A stretch of 64,000 bases of DNA, taken from the NCBI GenBank assembly GCA_902520495.1, contig CABYNW010000004.1, positions 40,995 to 104,994 of the forward strand. Reading direction: 5' to 3'. Both the position numbers and the translations under genes were made by a program. Origin of the DNA: an uncultured SAR86 cluster bacterium (GTDB lineage Bacteria; Pseudomonadota; Gammaproteobacteria; Magnimaribacterales; D2472). This document shows, in pieces, positions 20,562 to 30,175 of this stretch. Each line of letters opens with the position of its first letter. Positions within the stretch are counted from its first letter, which is position 1. The notes beneath the pieces were generated by a model. The model did not search any database. It worked only from the letters and a program-made list of their open reading frames with translations, and had not been told where the DNA came from.

Positions 20562-21509
20562 TTGAACAATATCTTTATCAAAGAAAATGCTTTTAAGCTA
20601 ACCCTAATAGCGAGTATATTATTTTTAATTATTTTCTATGTCTTAAGTTACTTTCAATTAATACAATCAACTGATTCACTTGCTTTTATTGGCGAAGCAT
20701 CAAGATGGTGTGAACGAATAAGTGCCGGTGCTTTTAGAGAACCTGTGAATACATTAAGTAATTTAGGTTTTATGATTGCGGGATTATATATCTTATATAA
20801 ATTAACTAATGAGACGTCCTTTAATGAATTTTCGGGTCTTAACAAAATTACCATTCTATATGGCGTTGCTGTAGTTTATCTCGGTCCTGGATCTATGATG
20901 ATGCATGGAACTAATACTGAGTGGGGTGGTTGGGCTGATAATTTAAGCATGGTTATGTACATCATAATTCCATGGCTATATAACTGTTATAAAATGTCTA
21001 ACTGGTCTCAATCTACATTATTAAAAACTTACATAGCTATTGTAATTTCATATGCTGTATTAAGAGGACAATTTGGTTACGGTATGGGTATTGGTCTAGA
21101 TCTATTTGGAGTATCAATTGGTTTATGGGTTATATCAGAATTTTTATATAAATTTTGGTCACCTAGTATGAGATTTATATCAGGATTTGTTGGATTCTTG
21201 GTTTTAATGTTATTTGGAACTATGCCTATTGAGGTATTTGATAACATTAGTGAATATTGGTGGATTATTTTCTTTTGGTTGCCAGGTTTATTAGCATCAA
21301 AAAAACCAGAAGGTATTAGAACCTATAGATGGTATTTTGCTGGTATGGTGGCTTATATGAGTGCATTTGCTATATGGTTAACAGGTGTACCTGATAGTGA
21401 GACATGCAATCCAGATACAATTTTTCAAGCTCATGGGGCGTGGCACTTATTAACTGCACTATCTACAATTTTTTTCTTTTATCATTACAGATCTGAAAAA
21501 TTAATCTAA
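20562..21509 (+). CDS. alkaline-ceramidase-family (PF05875-like) 7-TM membrane protein
   Basis: 315 aa with a TTG start; the first in-frame ATG lies after the conserved N-terminal motif. Ceramidase-family landmarks: WCE...EPVNTLSNLGF, HGTNTEWGGWADNLSM, HGAWHLLTALS. Confidence 0.55.
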   Translation: MNNIFIKENAFKLTLIASILFLIIFYVLSYFQLIQSTDSLAFIGEASRWCERISAGAFREPVNTLSNLGFMIAGLYILYKLTNETSFNEFSGLNKITILYGVAVVYLGPGSMMMHGTNTEWGGWADNLSMVMYIIIPWLYNCYKMSNWSQSTLLKTYIAIVISYAVLRGQFGYGMGIGLDLFGVSIGLWVISEFLYKFWSPSMRFISGFVGFLVLMLFGTMPIEVFDNISEYWWIIFFWLPGLLASKKPEGIRTYRWYFAGMVAYMSAFAIWLTGVPDSETCNPDTIFQAHGAWHLLTALSTIFFFYHYRSEKLI

Positions 21510-22595
21510 TATCAACTCGCACCCAGTTCCAGATAAATATTCTTTAACATCTAACTTATCCTTATCCGACAAGTTATTAAATTCGTCCTTAATCCAATTT
21601 AAACATTTAGACTGATATGGAAATGTCTTCTGTTTCCATACTGAATCATCAAGTTCTATTTCCCAAGTATCAGAATTATTACCATATGCTTTATCGTTCT
21701 CAATTAGACAGGGGATATAAACCTTTCCAACTTCATTAAATATTGCTTTTAATGATTTAGGCAGTTGATCTAATTTATACCAACCATTTTCATTCTTATC
21801 AAAGCAATCAAGTTTTTCAGTATCATTGGATTCATTTGATATACCAAAAAATTCACCGATACTACCTTTATTATGAAGTCCTGATAAGTCACTCATAATA
21901 GTTACCCAAGATATGCATCTAGGAGATGATATGTATGCAATATTTCTTGGCGTTGGATCAAATCCAACAAGCTGTGTCAATTGACCATACAAACCAAAGT
22001 CAGATGATGAAGGCCTAAGACCAAACATATACGAGTTATTAGAAAAATGTTTTTCTAGCAGTTTTAAGAATCTTTTATAACTATCATCAATTAATTTCGC
22101 AGTATCGTTATTTGAACCTACTACCCATAATCTATTTATTTGTCTATCAGCTATGACATTTCCAAATTCTTTTAATTTATCATCGTCAATATCTAATTTA
22201 TGCTGAAGAACTAACATTTTTTTAGCATTTTCAGCATCTTCATCAAAGTGCCATCGATAATGAAACATATATTTAGTTACCCACTCATCAGCAAAATCTT
22301 CTAGCAAGTAATTTAAAAAGCTAACAGCAGGAGTATTAGGTATTACAGATTTATTATCATGTAATTCCTCTAAATATCTAATAATAGGAGTAGTATCTGT
22401 TCTAACTTCATAATCATTAAATACAATTGTAGGAAGTAAAACTGGTTTAGGTGGTTCTAGATTTAGAAGTGATAAATTATGAATCACATCTCCCCATGAA
22501 ACCGTATAAGGTATGTTTCGATATCTTAATAGAGCTAATATTTTCTGGGTATAAGGTGAGCCAACGTTTCCAAATACTTGAATCGGTTTTGGCAT
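21501..22595 (-). CDS. GST-like protein with extended C-terminal domain
   Basis: 364 aa. Thioredoxin-like GST N-domain (GSPYTQKILALLRYRNIPYTV ... TTPIIRYLEE) and a helical GST-C-like region, plus about 130 extra C-terminal residues of unknown family. Confidence 0.5.
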   Translation of the reverse strand: MPKPIQVFGNVGSPYTQKILALLRYRNIPYTVSWGDVIHNLSLLNLEPPKPVLLPTIVFNDYEVRTDTTPIIRYLEELHDNKSVIPNTPAVSFLNYLLEDFADEWVTKYMFHYRWHFDEDAENAKKMLVLQHKLDIDDDKLKEFGNVIADRQINRLWVVGSNNDTAKLIDDSYKRFLKLLEKHFSNNSYMFGLRPSSSDFGLYGQLTQLVGFDPTPRNIAYISSPRCISWVTIMSDLSGLHNKGSIGEFFGISNESNDTEKLDCFDKNENGWYKLDQLPKSLKAIFNEVGKVYIPCLIENDKAYGNNSDTWEIELDDSVWKQKTFPYQSKCLNWIKDEFNNLSDKDKLDVKEYLSGTGCELILD

Positions 22596-22598
22596 TAA

Positions 22599-23213
22599 TT
22601 ATTGCCCTAATTGGATTGCTTTTTTAAATGCTACTCTAGATTCTATATTTTCAACATATCTTTTTATATTAACCATGTCATCACTCACAGTTCCAAACCT
22701 ATTTGCCATATAACATGAATGTCCAAGCATACAATCGGCAGCTGAAAAATCACCAATTAAGTAATCTTTTCCTTCTAGATATTCATTAACTGGTTTCAGC
22801 GATTTTGAAAGTAGATTCATGGCCTGATTTAAAACTTTTTCATCGCGTCTGTCTTCTGGAAGAAGAATTGTTTGAACTACAATCTGATTCATTGGTGGCA
22901 TAACCATACCTTCACAATAATGAAACCATTGAAGATAATAGGGGTATTCATTAGAGTCTATAGCGGGTTTTAATCCTTTATCATCATATTTATCTAATAT
23001 ATATTGAATAATTGCACCAGATTCAAAAATGGAAACATCACCATCTTCAATTACAGGAACTCTTCCAAGCGAATGTCTTGCCCTATGCTCAGGTGATTTA
23101 AGTCCTTCTTTTGTAAAGGGTAATATTTCTAGGTCGTATTCAATATTTAATTCTTCAAGAAGCCATGCAACTCTTCCGGCTCTAGTGTTGGGTGTTAGAT
23201 AAAGTTTTATCAT
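22599..23213 (-). CDS. glutathione S-transferase
   Basis: 204 aa. Canonical GST N-domain (LGRVPVIEDGDVSIFESGAIIQYI) and C-domain. Confidence 0.8.
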   Translation of the reverse strand: MIKLYLTPNTRAGRVAWLLEELNIEYDLEILPFTKEGLKSPEHRARHSLGRVPVIEDGDVSIFESGAIIQYILDKYDDKGLKPAIDSNEYPYYLQWFHYCEGMVMPPMNQIVVQTILLPEDRRDEKVLNQAMNLLSKSLKPVNEYLEGKDYLIGDFSAADCMLGHSCYMANRFGTVSDDMVNIKRYVENIESRVAFKKAIQLGQ

Positions 23214-23222
23214 TATTTCTCC

Positions 23223-23906
23223 TTATTTTTTAACAATTTTGGATGAATTTTTTACAAATTCAGCTGCTTTATTTTTGTCTTTTAAAAGATTTTCAATTTT
23301 TACTGGAACTTTAATGCCTTCTTTCATGCCAGGCTTTTCATACATTTTATTTTTCCATCTATCTAAATTTTCTAAGCCATCAATTGAAACACCTGACCAT
23401 TTATGAGTTCTTACCCAACACCAATTAGCTATATCTGCAATAGAATATTCACCAGCTAACCACTCATGCTTCGAAAGGTGTTTATCTAAGACTTCGAATA
23501 GACGTCTACATTCATTTTGATAACGGTCTATAGCAGCTGGAATTTTTTCTGGAAAATATCTAAAAAAAACATTTGCTTGACCCATCATTGGGCCGATACC
23601 CCCCATTTGGAACATTAACCATTCAAGTACTTTGGCTTTTTTTAAGGAATCATTTGATATTAATTGACCAGTTTTTTCAGCAAGATATATCATGATTGCT
23701 CCTGATTCAAAGATATGCAAATTCTTATTAGATTTATCTATAATCGCGGGAATACGACCATTTGGACTAATTTTTAAAAAATTCGACTTGTGCTGATCAC
23801 CATTCATTAAATTTATTGTATGAACGTTATATGTTAAACCCATTGCCTCTAATGTACATGAGACCTTGTGACCATTTGGGGTCGGGGATGTATATAGTTC
23901 AATCAT
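23223..23906 (-). CDS. yfcG: Nu-class glutathione S-transferase, YfcG-like
   Basis: 227 aa. Close block-wise match to my recollection of E. coli YfcG ([58 protein letters not shown]). Confidence 0.7.
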   Translation of the reverse strand: MIELYTSPTPNGHKVSCTLEAMGLTYNVHTINLMNGDQHKSNFLKISPNGRIPAIIDKSNKNLHIFESGAIMIYLAEKTGQLISNDSLKKAKVLEWLMFQMGGIGPMMGQANVFFRYFPEKIPAAIDRYQNECRRLFEVLDKHLSKHEWLAGEYSIADIANWCWVRTHKWSGVSIDGLENLDRWKNKMYEKPGMKEGIKVPVKIENLLKDKNKAAEFVKNSSKIVKK

Positions 23907-24969
23907 ATTTATTTTTAATAAAATCTATTAGTACTTTAGATAATTCTTTTGGTTTAGTCCATTGAAAAAAATGACCACCACCTATATGTGGAGCTTTTAT
24001 GGCATTTGGTACCATTTTTAGCACATCTTTTTCCATATCATTGGTAACTGGATCATTTCCGGCAAAAACGCTTAAAAATGGTTTATTAGTTTTACTAAAG
24101 AATTCTCTTGCTTTTTTTTGAGCTTCTAATGATTGATCTGGAATAATAGGAACGTGACTTGGCATAGCTCTGCAGCCCATTTTGAAAGCAGGTGAGGGGA
24201 ATGGTGCCTCGTAAGCTTTCATTAAATGATTCATATAAGGTGATATTTTTGATAGGCCCAATATGTGTAATATATAATGATTTCTTATTTCATTTTTAGG
24301 CTTATATTCCATCATAGTTGAATTAAGCAGACCAACTGGTAAATTTTTTGAGTCCCAACAAAATTTTTGCCAATACATAAATTTCAATGCAGGATGAGTT
24401 TTACCAGAGTCCATTTTTCTTACTTCCCTTATCATCGTTAAAGGTGTAAGTCTTAGTTTACTTTTTCTAAATTCGTTAATTTCATCAATAACTTCTTTTG
24501 GTGTATTTGGCAAATATGGTAATCCAGTATTACCAATAGAGATTTTCATAAATCTATTAGGATGATCAGCAATCATTCTTAAACCTATTAGACCTCCCCA
24601 ATCCTGTCCAAAAAAAGTTAAATTTTCTAAATTATTTTTTACCATCCACTGATTCATCCAATCAACCTGATTTTGATAACTATAGTTCTCTCTTAAACTT
24701 GGTTTATCAGACTTGCCATAGCCAACCAAATCAGGTGCTATTACTCTAATACCAGCATCATTAAGAATTGGTATCATTTTTGAATACAAATAACTCCAAA
24801 CTGGTTGTCCGTGCATCGCAAGTAAAATAGGCCCATTTTTCGGACCCTCATCAATATGGTGAATTCTTAATTCAGTTCCGCTTTTATCTGATATATTTGT
24901 ATAAATTGGTCTAAATGGATAATTTTTAATGTTTTTAAAATATCTATCAGGTGTTCTTAGTACTTTCAT
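23899..24969 (-). CDS. haloalkane dehalogenase-like alpha/beta hydrolase (HLD-I/DhlA-like)
   Basis: 356 aa. Block-wise match to DhlA as I recall it: [43 protein letters not shown], nucleophile elbow GQDWGG (Asp-Trp), AYEAPFP, acid NDPV, His in GGGHFFQ. Confidence 0.75.
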   Translation of the reverse strand: MKVLRTPDRYFKNIKNYPFRPIYTNISDKSGTELRIHHIDEGPKNGPILLAMHGQPVWSYLYSKMIPILNDAGIRVIAPDLVGYGKSDKPSLRENYSYQNQVDWMNQWMVKNNLENLTFFGQDWGGLIGLRMIADHPNRFMKISIGNTGLPYLPNTPKEVIDEINEFRKSKLRLTPLTMIREVRKMDSGKTHPALKFMYWQKFCWDSKNLPVGLLNSTMMEYKPKNEIRNHYILHILGLSKISPYMNHLMKAYEAPFPSPAFKMGCRAMPSHVPIIPDQSLEAQKKAREFFSKTNKPFLSVFAGNDPVTNDMEKDVLKMVPNAIKAPHIGGGHFFQWTKPKELSKVLIDFIKNKYD

Positions 24970-25622
24970 TAAAAATCTTTAACAAGGCCATCTTTAGTTA
25001 ATTCCGCAATCAAATCTTCAAACGGATTATCTTGCCCAAAATAATATTTTTCCTTATAAACATTTAATGGCACTCCATGATGGCCTGCTTCTTTTTGGTC
25101 TAATTGATTCATTTCAATTTCTTCAATTAGATTTTTTTCATCATTTTTTATTGACTCTCTAACTTCATCTAAATCTTCTCCAAAATCAGCTAACAGAGCT
25201 TTTAATTTATCATCTGTATTCCAATTTTTTACACTCCATATTAAAGTCGATAATTCATATGCAAACTCTATACCTTTTCCTCTATTACACATAAGTTGAC
25301 CCATATGACATATATCAAAAATATAAGGTTGATTTTCTGAAATCTTACCAGTGATAATATTTTGATTTATAGGATCTGGTTTTATTGGTAATTTCAATGG
25401 GATATCCAACTTTTTTGCCTTTCTCTTAATATCCATCATTAACGTAGTAAAATAAAATAGATTTCTATCTTTAAAGAATTCAGGCAGCCTAATAGCAATT
25501 GGGTAAACAATTTTAAAATTTACATCCAATTTATATTTATTCTTAAGCTTTAACATTCTTGGCAATATTAAATATGAATATGGACTACGATAAGAAAAAT
25601 ATAAATCAATCATGTCACTCAC
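24969..25622 (-). CDS. DsbA-fold 2-hydroxychromene-2-carboxylate isomerase / kappa-class GST-like protein
   Basis: 217 aa. The N-terminal DLYFSYRSPYSYL motif has Ser in place of CxxC, as in HCCA isomerase and GST-kappa. C-terminal HGVP block. Confidence 0.65.
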   Translation of the reverse strand: MSDMIDLYFSYRSPYSYLILPRMLKLKNKYKLDVNFKIVYPIAIRLPEFFKDRNLFYFTTLMMDIKRKAKKLDIPLKLPIKPDPINQNIITGKISENQPYIFDICHMGQLMCNRGKGIEFAYELSTLIWSVKNWNTDDKLKALLADFGEDLDEVRESIKNDEKNLIEEIEMNQLDQKEAGHHGVPLNVYKEKYYFGQDNPFEDLIAELTKDGLVKDF

Positions 25623-26073
25623 TCCCTTTTTTTAATGACAAATAAAACATTAACATAAAGTATATTAGTATTGGTATATTACCAATTACACCAGGAGGTG
25701 TGTTTATATAGTAATCATCCGTTAAAGGGTGAAGTGAACCTGAAATTAATCTAAAACAATGATCTAAGAGACATATCATATATATTAGTGGTACTAGGTT
25801 TTTATATTTAATAAATAAAATTAATAATATTAATGTCAATGATACTTGTGTTGCTCCCCAAAGCGATGCAAATAAATAAACTAGGTTATTCGGATCTATA
25901 GTATCTATAATTGGTAGTTCTTTTATTGTTGCAATTCCAACAAGACCAGCATTTTCTGAAAGGAAATGTACAAGTGATCTGAATATGTATAAAGCAAAAA
26001 TAGGATAAAGACCATATATCGCTATTTTTGAGCCTTTATATTCATGATTTAATTTATTGGGTAATAATGTCAT
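25615..26073 (-). CDS. hypothetical 4-TM membrane protein
   Basis: 152 aa with about 4 hydrophobic segments. I do not recognise the family. It overlaps both neighbours (8 nt and 1 nt), which supports a real coding gene. Confidence 0.5.
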   Translation of the reverse strand: MTLLPNKLNHEYKGSKIAIYGLYPIFALYIFRSLVHFLSENAGLVGIATIKELPIIDTIDPNNLVYLFASLWGATQVSLTLILLILFIKYKNLVPLIYMICLLDHCFRLISGSLHPLTDDYYINTPPGVIGNIPILIYFMLMFYLSLKKGSE

Positions 26074-27125
26074 TAATTTATTTTATCAATAACAATTTTA
26101 TTATTATTAATTGGCATAGTAACTCTTGTTCCATCATCTGAAAGACTATAGTCTTCAAATATATTCTCAATGGGTCTAAAAAAGACTCTTTCCATTAAAG
26201 TATTTCGAGGTGTTGGTATGGAGTGATAAATGAGTAAATGTTTTACATTGGCATCTCTAGCAATTTCACCTGCTTCTCTTATGCTTGTGTGATAATCCTG
26301 AATATCAAACAGTATTTTGTCCATTTGAGGTATCGGAGCAAGACCTCGCATTCGTTCAACAATATCTATTGATATAGCAGAATGTATTAATAGATCAACA
26401 TCTTTTGAATATTTTTGAACACTTCCATCATGAATAGTGTCTCCACTTATAACCACCGTTCTTCCCTTATAGGATATCTTAAAACCGAAGGCTGAATTTA
26501 CAGGATGGTGATCAACTACAAACGGTAAAATTTCTAATCCTGGAGTATTAGTGGGAATTAATTGATTATCTATAATTTGGATTGCATTAAATCCTGCAAT
26601 ACTCATAGGTAACATATCATCACCATGATGTTCATTTCTATACTGATAATCTGCTGAGTATGCTAGCTCAAATCCCTTAGTAACAAGATTTATTCCCTCT
26701 GGACCATAAACTTGCAATGGTGAAGTTCTTCCTTGAATCCATGACTGAAGGTGAGCATCTGGTAAATCTGCCATATGATCTGAGTGCATATGTGTTATCA
26801 AGACTGCTTTTACACTAGGCCATGGCAATTGATATTGAGTAAGGTTATCAACACTTCCATTACCAAGATCAAAAATATATATATCATCACCAGCTTCTAC
26901 AAGGACACAAGATTCTGCTCGCCCAGGAGAAGGAAGAGGGGATCTTGAGCCACAAATAACAACTTTTAATGAATCTTCTTTATCTAAAAAAGGCTCTGCG
27001 TTAGATATTATATTTTGTAAACCAATATTTAAGATTCTGTCTTGTACTGAATGAGAGTTTAATGATACAAGGGCAATAATTAATATTGAGATCAAACAAC
27101 TTAATAATATTAATAATTTTTTCAT
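26073..27125 (-). CDS. MBL-fold metallo-hydrolase with N-terminal signal/anchor
   Basis: 350 aa. N-terminal hydrophobic segment MKKLLILLSCLISILIIALV. Metallo-beta-lactamase motif ITHMHSDHMADL. RNase Z-like overall layout. Confidence 0.75.
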   Translation of the reverse strand: MKKLLILLSCLISILIIALVSLNSHSVQDRILNIGLQNIISNAEPFLDKEDSLKVVICGSRSPLPSPGRAESCVLVEAGDDIYIFDLGNGSVDNLTQYQLPWPSVKAVLITHMHSDHMADLPDAHLQSWIQGRTSPLQVYGPEGINLVTKGFELAYSADYQYRNEHHGDDMLPMSIAGFNAIQIIDNQLIPTNTPGLEILPFVVDHHPVNSAFGFKISYKGRTVVISGDTIHDGSVQKYSKDVDLLIHSAISIDIVERMRGLAPIPQMDKILFDIQDYHTSIREAGEIARDANVKHLLIYHSIPTPRNTLMERVFFRPIENIFEDYSLSDDGTRVTMPINNNKIVIDKIN

Positions 27126-27135
27126 AATAATTTAA

Positions 27136-27543
27136 TTAAATAGTTTCTATGTTCAACTGTCCTTCTAATCCAGCATCTCTATGAACATGAATCTTTTGAT
27201 ATTCAGGATCCATCGTCATATCTAACATTGCTTTTCTATTAGGATACTTAGCAATTGCAACAGAATCCCATAATTCCTCAACTTCACCCAACATTAACCT
27301 ACTAACTTTACCAGCAAAAACAAACTCACCACCATATTTTTCTACTAACTTCACTACCTCTGCTGCATAGAGACCATAAGCCTCTTCTCCTGAAAGATTT
27401 GTATTTCGACCATCATCATAAATAGCCTTATCTTTATATTTAAGTAAATTTACCATTGATATTGGTCCAATTTCAGGATTCTCTAAAAAACCATTAATTT
27501 GATCTTCATCAGGCGTAACTTTATTTTCAAATTTCATATTCAA
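27136..27543 (-). CDS. DUF1330 domain-containing protein
   Basis: 135 aa. The dimeric alpha/beta-barrel-type DUF1330 pattern (MVNLLKYKD ... WDSVAIAKYPNRKAMLDM) matches my recollection of the family. First gene of the minus-strand operon. Confidence 0.7.
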   Translation of the reverse strand: MNMKFENKVTPDEDQINGFLENPEIGPISMVNLLKYKDKAIYDDGRNTNLSGEEAYGLYAAEVVKLVEKYGGEFVFAGKVSRLMLGEVEELWDSVAIAKYPNRKAMLDMTMDPEYQKIHVHRDAGLEGQLNIETI

Positions 27544-27720
27544 TAGTCCTTTGACATATATTGCATCAATGTATTATCTTTTATTATATTACTCGAGAAT
27601 ATTGATGAATAAAGTTTTTTCAATTTTATTTTTTTTAAATTATATGTAATGCTTTATTGAGTGGTTAACTTTAATCTTATTTAATATAATAGATTAAATT
27701 TATTTCTTTTATATATAAAT

Positions 27721-28356
27721 ATGCGTTTAGTTGTAGAGCCTTTTCTAGAAAATAAATCAAACCTAACGGGTTTTATGAAACATCTTGATGCCGATGGTGC
27801 TAACGGTTGGGGAAAGTGGCCTTTTTTAATGTTTATAGGCGATGAGGATCTCTGGTTTCAACTTCAACTTTTTTCACGTAATGAAAAAATTTCGATTTTA
27901 TGGGTTTCAGGACCCAATCCTCCTAACATGGGTTGGAACGATCTAGCAGTGTCATATGTAACAAATTTATATGAAGAAGGTCGAAATGATGAGGGAATAG
28001 GTGGTGCTGATCCAAACATGTTTACATCTCTTCATGATCTCCTTCCACATATTGGAAACAACACAAATCCAGATTTTGATGAGCTTAAAGGAATCCAATA
28101 TATTCATCCTAATATTTTCTTTACTGCTTTACAGGAACTTCAAGAAGTATCTGGTGGTGCCTATAAAATTAGAGATGGGGAAGGTATGGTTTTTGATACT
28201 AATGGTGCTGGTGCTTTCATCGTTAATCCAGTCATGGCAGGTGCTTATGAAGATCTAGAAACTGATCAAGAAAAGTTATCATTCCTTGAAGAAACATTTA
28301 ATCTTATGCGTTCTGAGCTAGAGAGAGATTTTTATTTGTGTTATTTAGTCGAATAA
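27721..28356 (+). CDS. hypothetical protein (soluble, no recognised family)
   Basis: 211-aa ORF with no signal peptide or TM. First gene of a tightly spaced plus-strand unit. I recognise no motif. Confidence 0.5.
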   Translation: MRLVVEPFLENKSNLTGFMKHLDADGANGWGKWPFLMFIGDEDLWFQLQLFSRNEKISILWVSGPNPPNMGWNDLAVSYVTNLYEEGRNDEGIGGADPNMFTSLHDLLPHIGNNTNPDFDELKGIQYIHPNIFFTALQELQEVSGGAYKIRDGEGMVFDTNGAGAFIVNPVMAGAYEDLETDQEKLSFLEETFNLMRSELERDFYLCYLVE

Positions 28357-28369
28357 ATACCTTTATTTA

Positions 28370-29293
28370 ATGAATAGAGTTACTCAACATACAGGGTCAA
28401 AATATCCAATTATTCAAGCTCCAATGGGTTGGATTGCAAGAAGTCAACTTGCATCAGCAGTTTGTGAAGCTGGAGGAATGGGAATAATAGAAACTTCATC
28501 TGGTGAAATTGATAATTGTAAAAAAGAAATTCGAATGATGTCAGAGTTAACCAATAAACCCTTCGGCGTCAATTTACCATTACTCTTTCTTAAAGATGAC
28601 TCGATGGTTAAATTTTGTGTAGAGTCAGGAGTTAAATTTGTAACAACTTCTGCAGGCGATCCTACTAAATATGTTGGTGTTTTAAAAGATGCTGGTATAA
28701 CTGTTTATCATGCAGTTCCTAGTTTAGAGGGCGCTCTAAAGGCAGCAAAAGCTGGTGTAGATGGGTTAGTAGTTGAAGGAACTGAAGGAGGGGGTTTTAA
28801 AAGTCCTGTTGAAGTAGGTTTATTGGTATTGATTCAATCTATTAGACAAAATACCAACTTACCAATTATTGCAGCTGGTGGCATAGCTGATGGAACAGGA
28901 ATGGCTGCTGTTTTTGCAGCAGGAGCTGAGGGTATTCAAATGGGAACAAGATTTGTGTCAAGCATAGAAAGTCCCGTTCATCAAAACTTTAAAAACAAAA
29001 TTGTAGATTCAGGTATAGATGGGACACTAATTCTTAATAAGTCTTCAAAACCGGTGATAAGAGCACTTAAATCAAATTTAACTAATGATATTGATAACAA
29101 GGGTCAAATGGATATGACAGCAATGATGAATATAAAAAATCTTTATTTTGATGGTGACATGGAAGCTGCACCAGCTCTTTCAGGTCAATCAACTGGACTT
29201 ATTAATGAGATTAAATCAGTAAAACAAATCATTGATGAGGTTGTTCATGAATTTAATAATATTTGTAAATCAATGGGGACCTTAAAACTTTAA
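28370..29293 (+). CDS. nitronate monooxygenase (NMO/2-nitropropane dioxygenase, FabK-like) family protein
   Basis: 307 aa. FMN TIM-barrel NMO blocks: YPIIQAPMGWIA, VVEGTEGGGF, IIAAGGIADG, GIQMGTRF. Confidence 0.8.
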   Translation: MNRVTQHTGSKYPIIQAPMGWIARSQLASAVCEAGGMGIIETSSGEIDNCKKEIRMMSELTNKPFGVNLPLLFLKDDSMVKFCVESGVKFVTTSAGDPTKYVGVLKDAGITVYHAVPSLEGALKAAKAGVDGLVVEGTEGGGFKSPVEVGLLVLIQSIRQNTNLPIIAAGGIADGTGMAAVFAAGAEGIQMGTRFVSSIESPVHQNFKNKIVDSGIDGTLILNKSSKPVIRALKSNLTNDIDNKGQMDMTAMMNIKNLYFDGDMEAAPALSGQSTGLINEIKSVKQIIDEVVHEFNNICKSMGTLKL

Positions 29294-29296
29294 AAT

Positions 29297-30175
29297 ATGC
29301 CAGTTAATAACAATATTGATAAACGTAATAAAAGTATAAAAATCTATATAAACGGCTCATTTTTCGATAGAGATGATGCAAAAATATCAGTTTTCGATAG
29401 TGGTTTTTTATTAGGTGATGGTATTTGGGAGGGCATAAGATTAATTAACAACCAATGGATGTTCTTGGATGAACATTTGGATAGATTATTTGAGGGATGT
29501 AAGGCAATAGATATTGATATTAAGCTTAGTAAAGAAGAAATAAAAAAAGCAATACTTGAGACTCAAAAACAAAATAATATGAGTGATTCTGCTCATGCAA
29601 GATTAATGATCACCAGAGGGAATAAGATAAAACCATTTCAACAACCATCATTATCAGATGGAATTAACTTTGTAATTATAATGGAGCATTCTGATATAAA
29701 CTCGACAAAAAATGGTATTAACTTAGTAACAGTTCCTCAAATAAGAGGATTGCCAATGTCTCAGGATCCAAAACTCAATAGCCATTCTAAGTTAAATTGT
29801 ATTCTTGCATGCATACAGGCTAATAAAGCAGGTGGAGACGAGGCATTAATGCTTGATCCATATGGATTTGTTAATACCACTAATTCCTGCAATTTTTTTA
29901 TTGTTAAAAATAATGAAGTCTGGACTAGCACTGGTGATTATTGCATGAATGGAATCACTAGGTTAAAGGTTATTGAGCTATGCAAAGCTAATAATATAAC
30001 TATTTATGAAAAAAACTTTTCTCTAGTGGATGTATATTCATCACATGAAGCTTTTGTAACTGGGACATTGGGATCACTAACACAGGTTCTAAATATCGAT
30101 GGTCGAACTATAGGCGATTCAGCTAATGGTTGGCCGATTTCAGAACAACTAAGAGAGCTTTATAACAATCTTTAA
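29297..30175 (+). CDS. class IV (fold-type IV) aminotransferase
   Basis: 292 aa. Branched-chain / D-amino-acid aminotransferase-like blocks (SVFDSGFLLGDGIWEGIR, candidate PLP-Lys region NSHSKLNCILA, EAFVTGT). Confidence 0.8.
   Translation: MPVNNNIDKRNKSIKIYINGSFFDRDDAKISVFDSGFLLGDGIWEGIRLINNQWMFLDEHLDRLFEGCKAIDIDIKLSKEEIKKAILETQKQNNMSDSAHARLMITRGNKIKPFQQPSLSDGINFVIIMEHSDINSTKNGINLVTVPQIRGLPMSQDPKLNSHSKLNCILACIQANKAGGDEALMLDPYGFVNTTNSCNFFIVKNNEVWTSTGDYCMNGITRLKVIELCKANNITIYEKNFSLVDVYSSHEAFVTGTLGSLTQVLNIDGRTIGDSANGWPISEQLRELYNNL

Noticed and set aside
28001-28258. Same-strand alternative-frame ORFs, considered as overlapping genes: 28001..28258, 33680..33922, 39646..39867 and 41644..41889.
   Set aside because: Their hydrophobic I/L/M-rich translations are typical of frame-shifted AT-rich coding sequence. 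They have no RBS, no motifs, and lengths (73-85 aa) within chance expectation for a 64-kb window.
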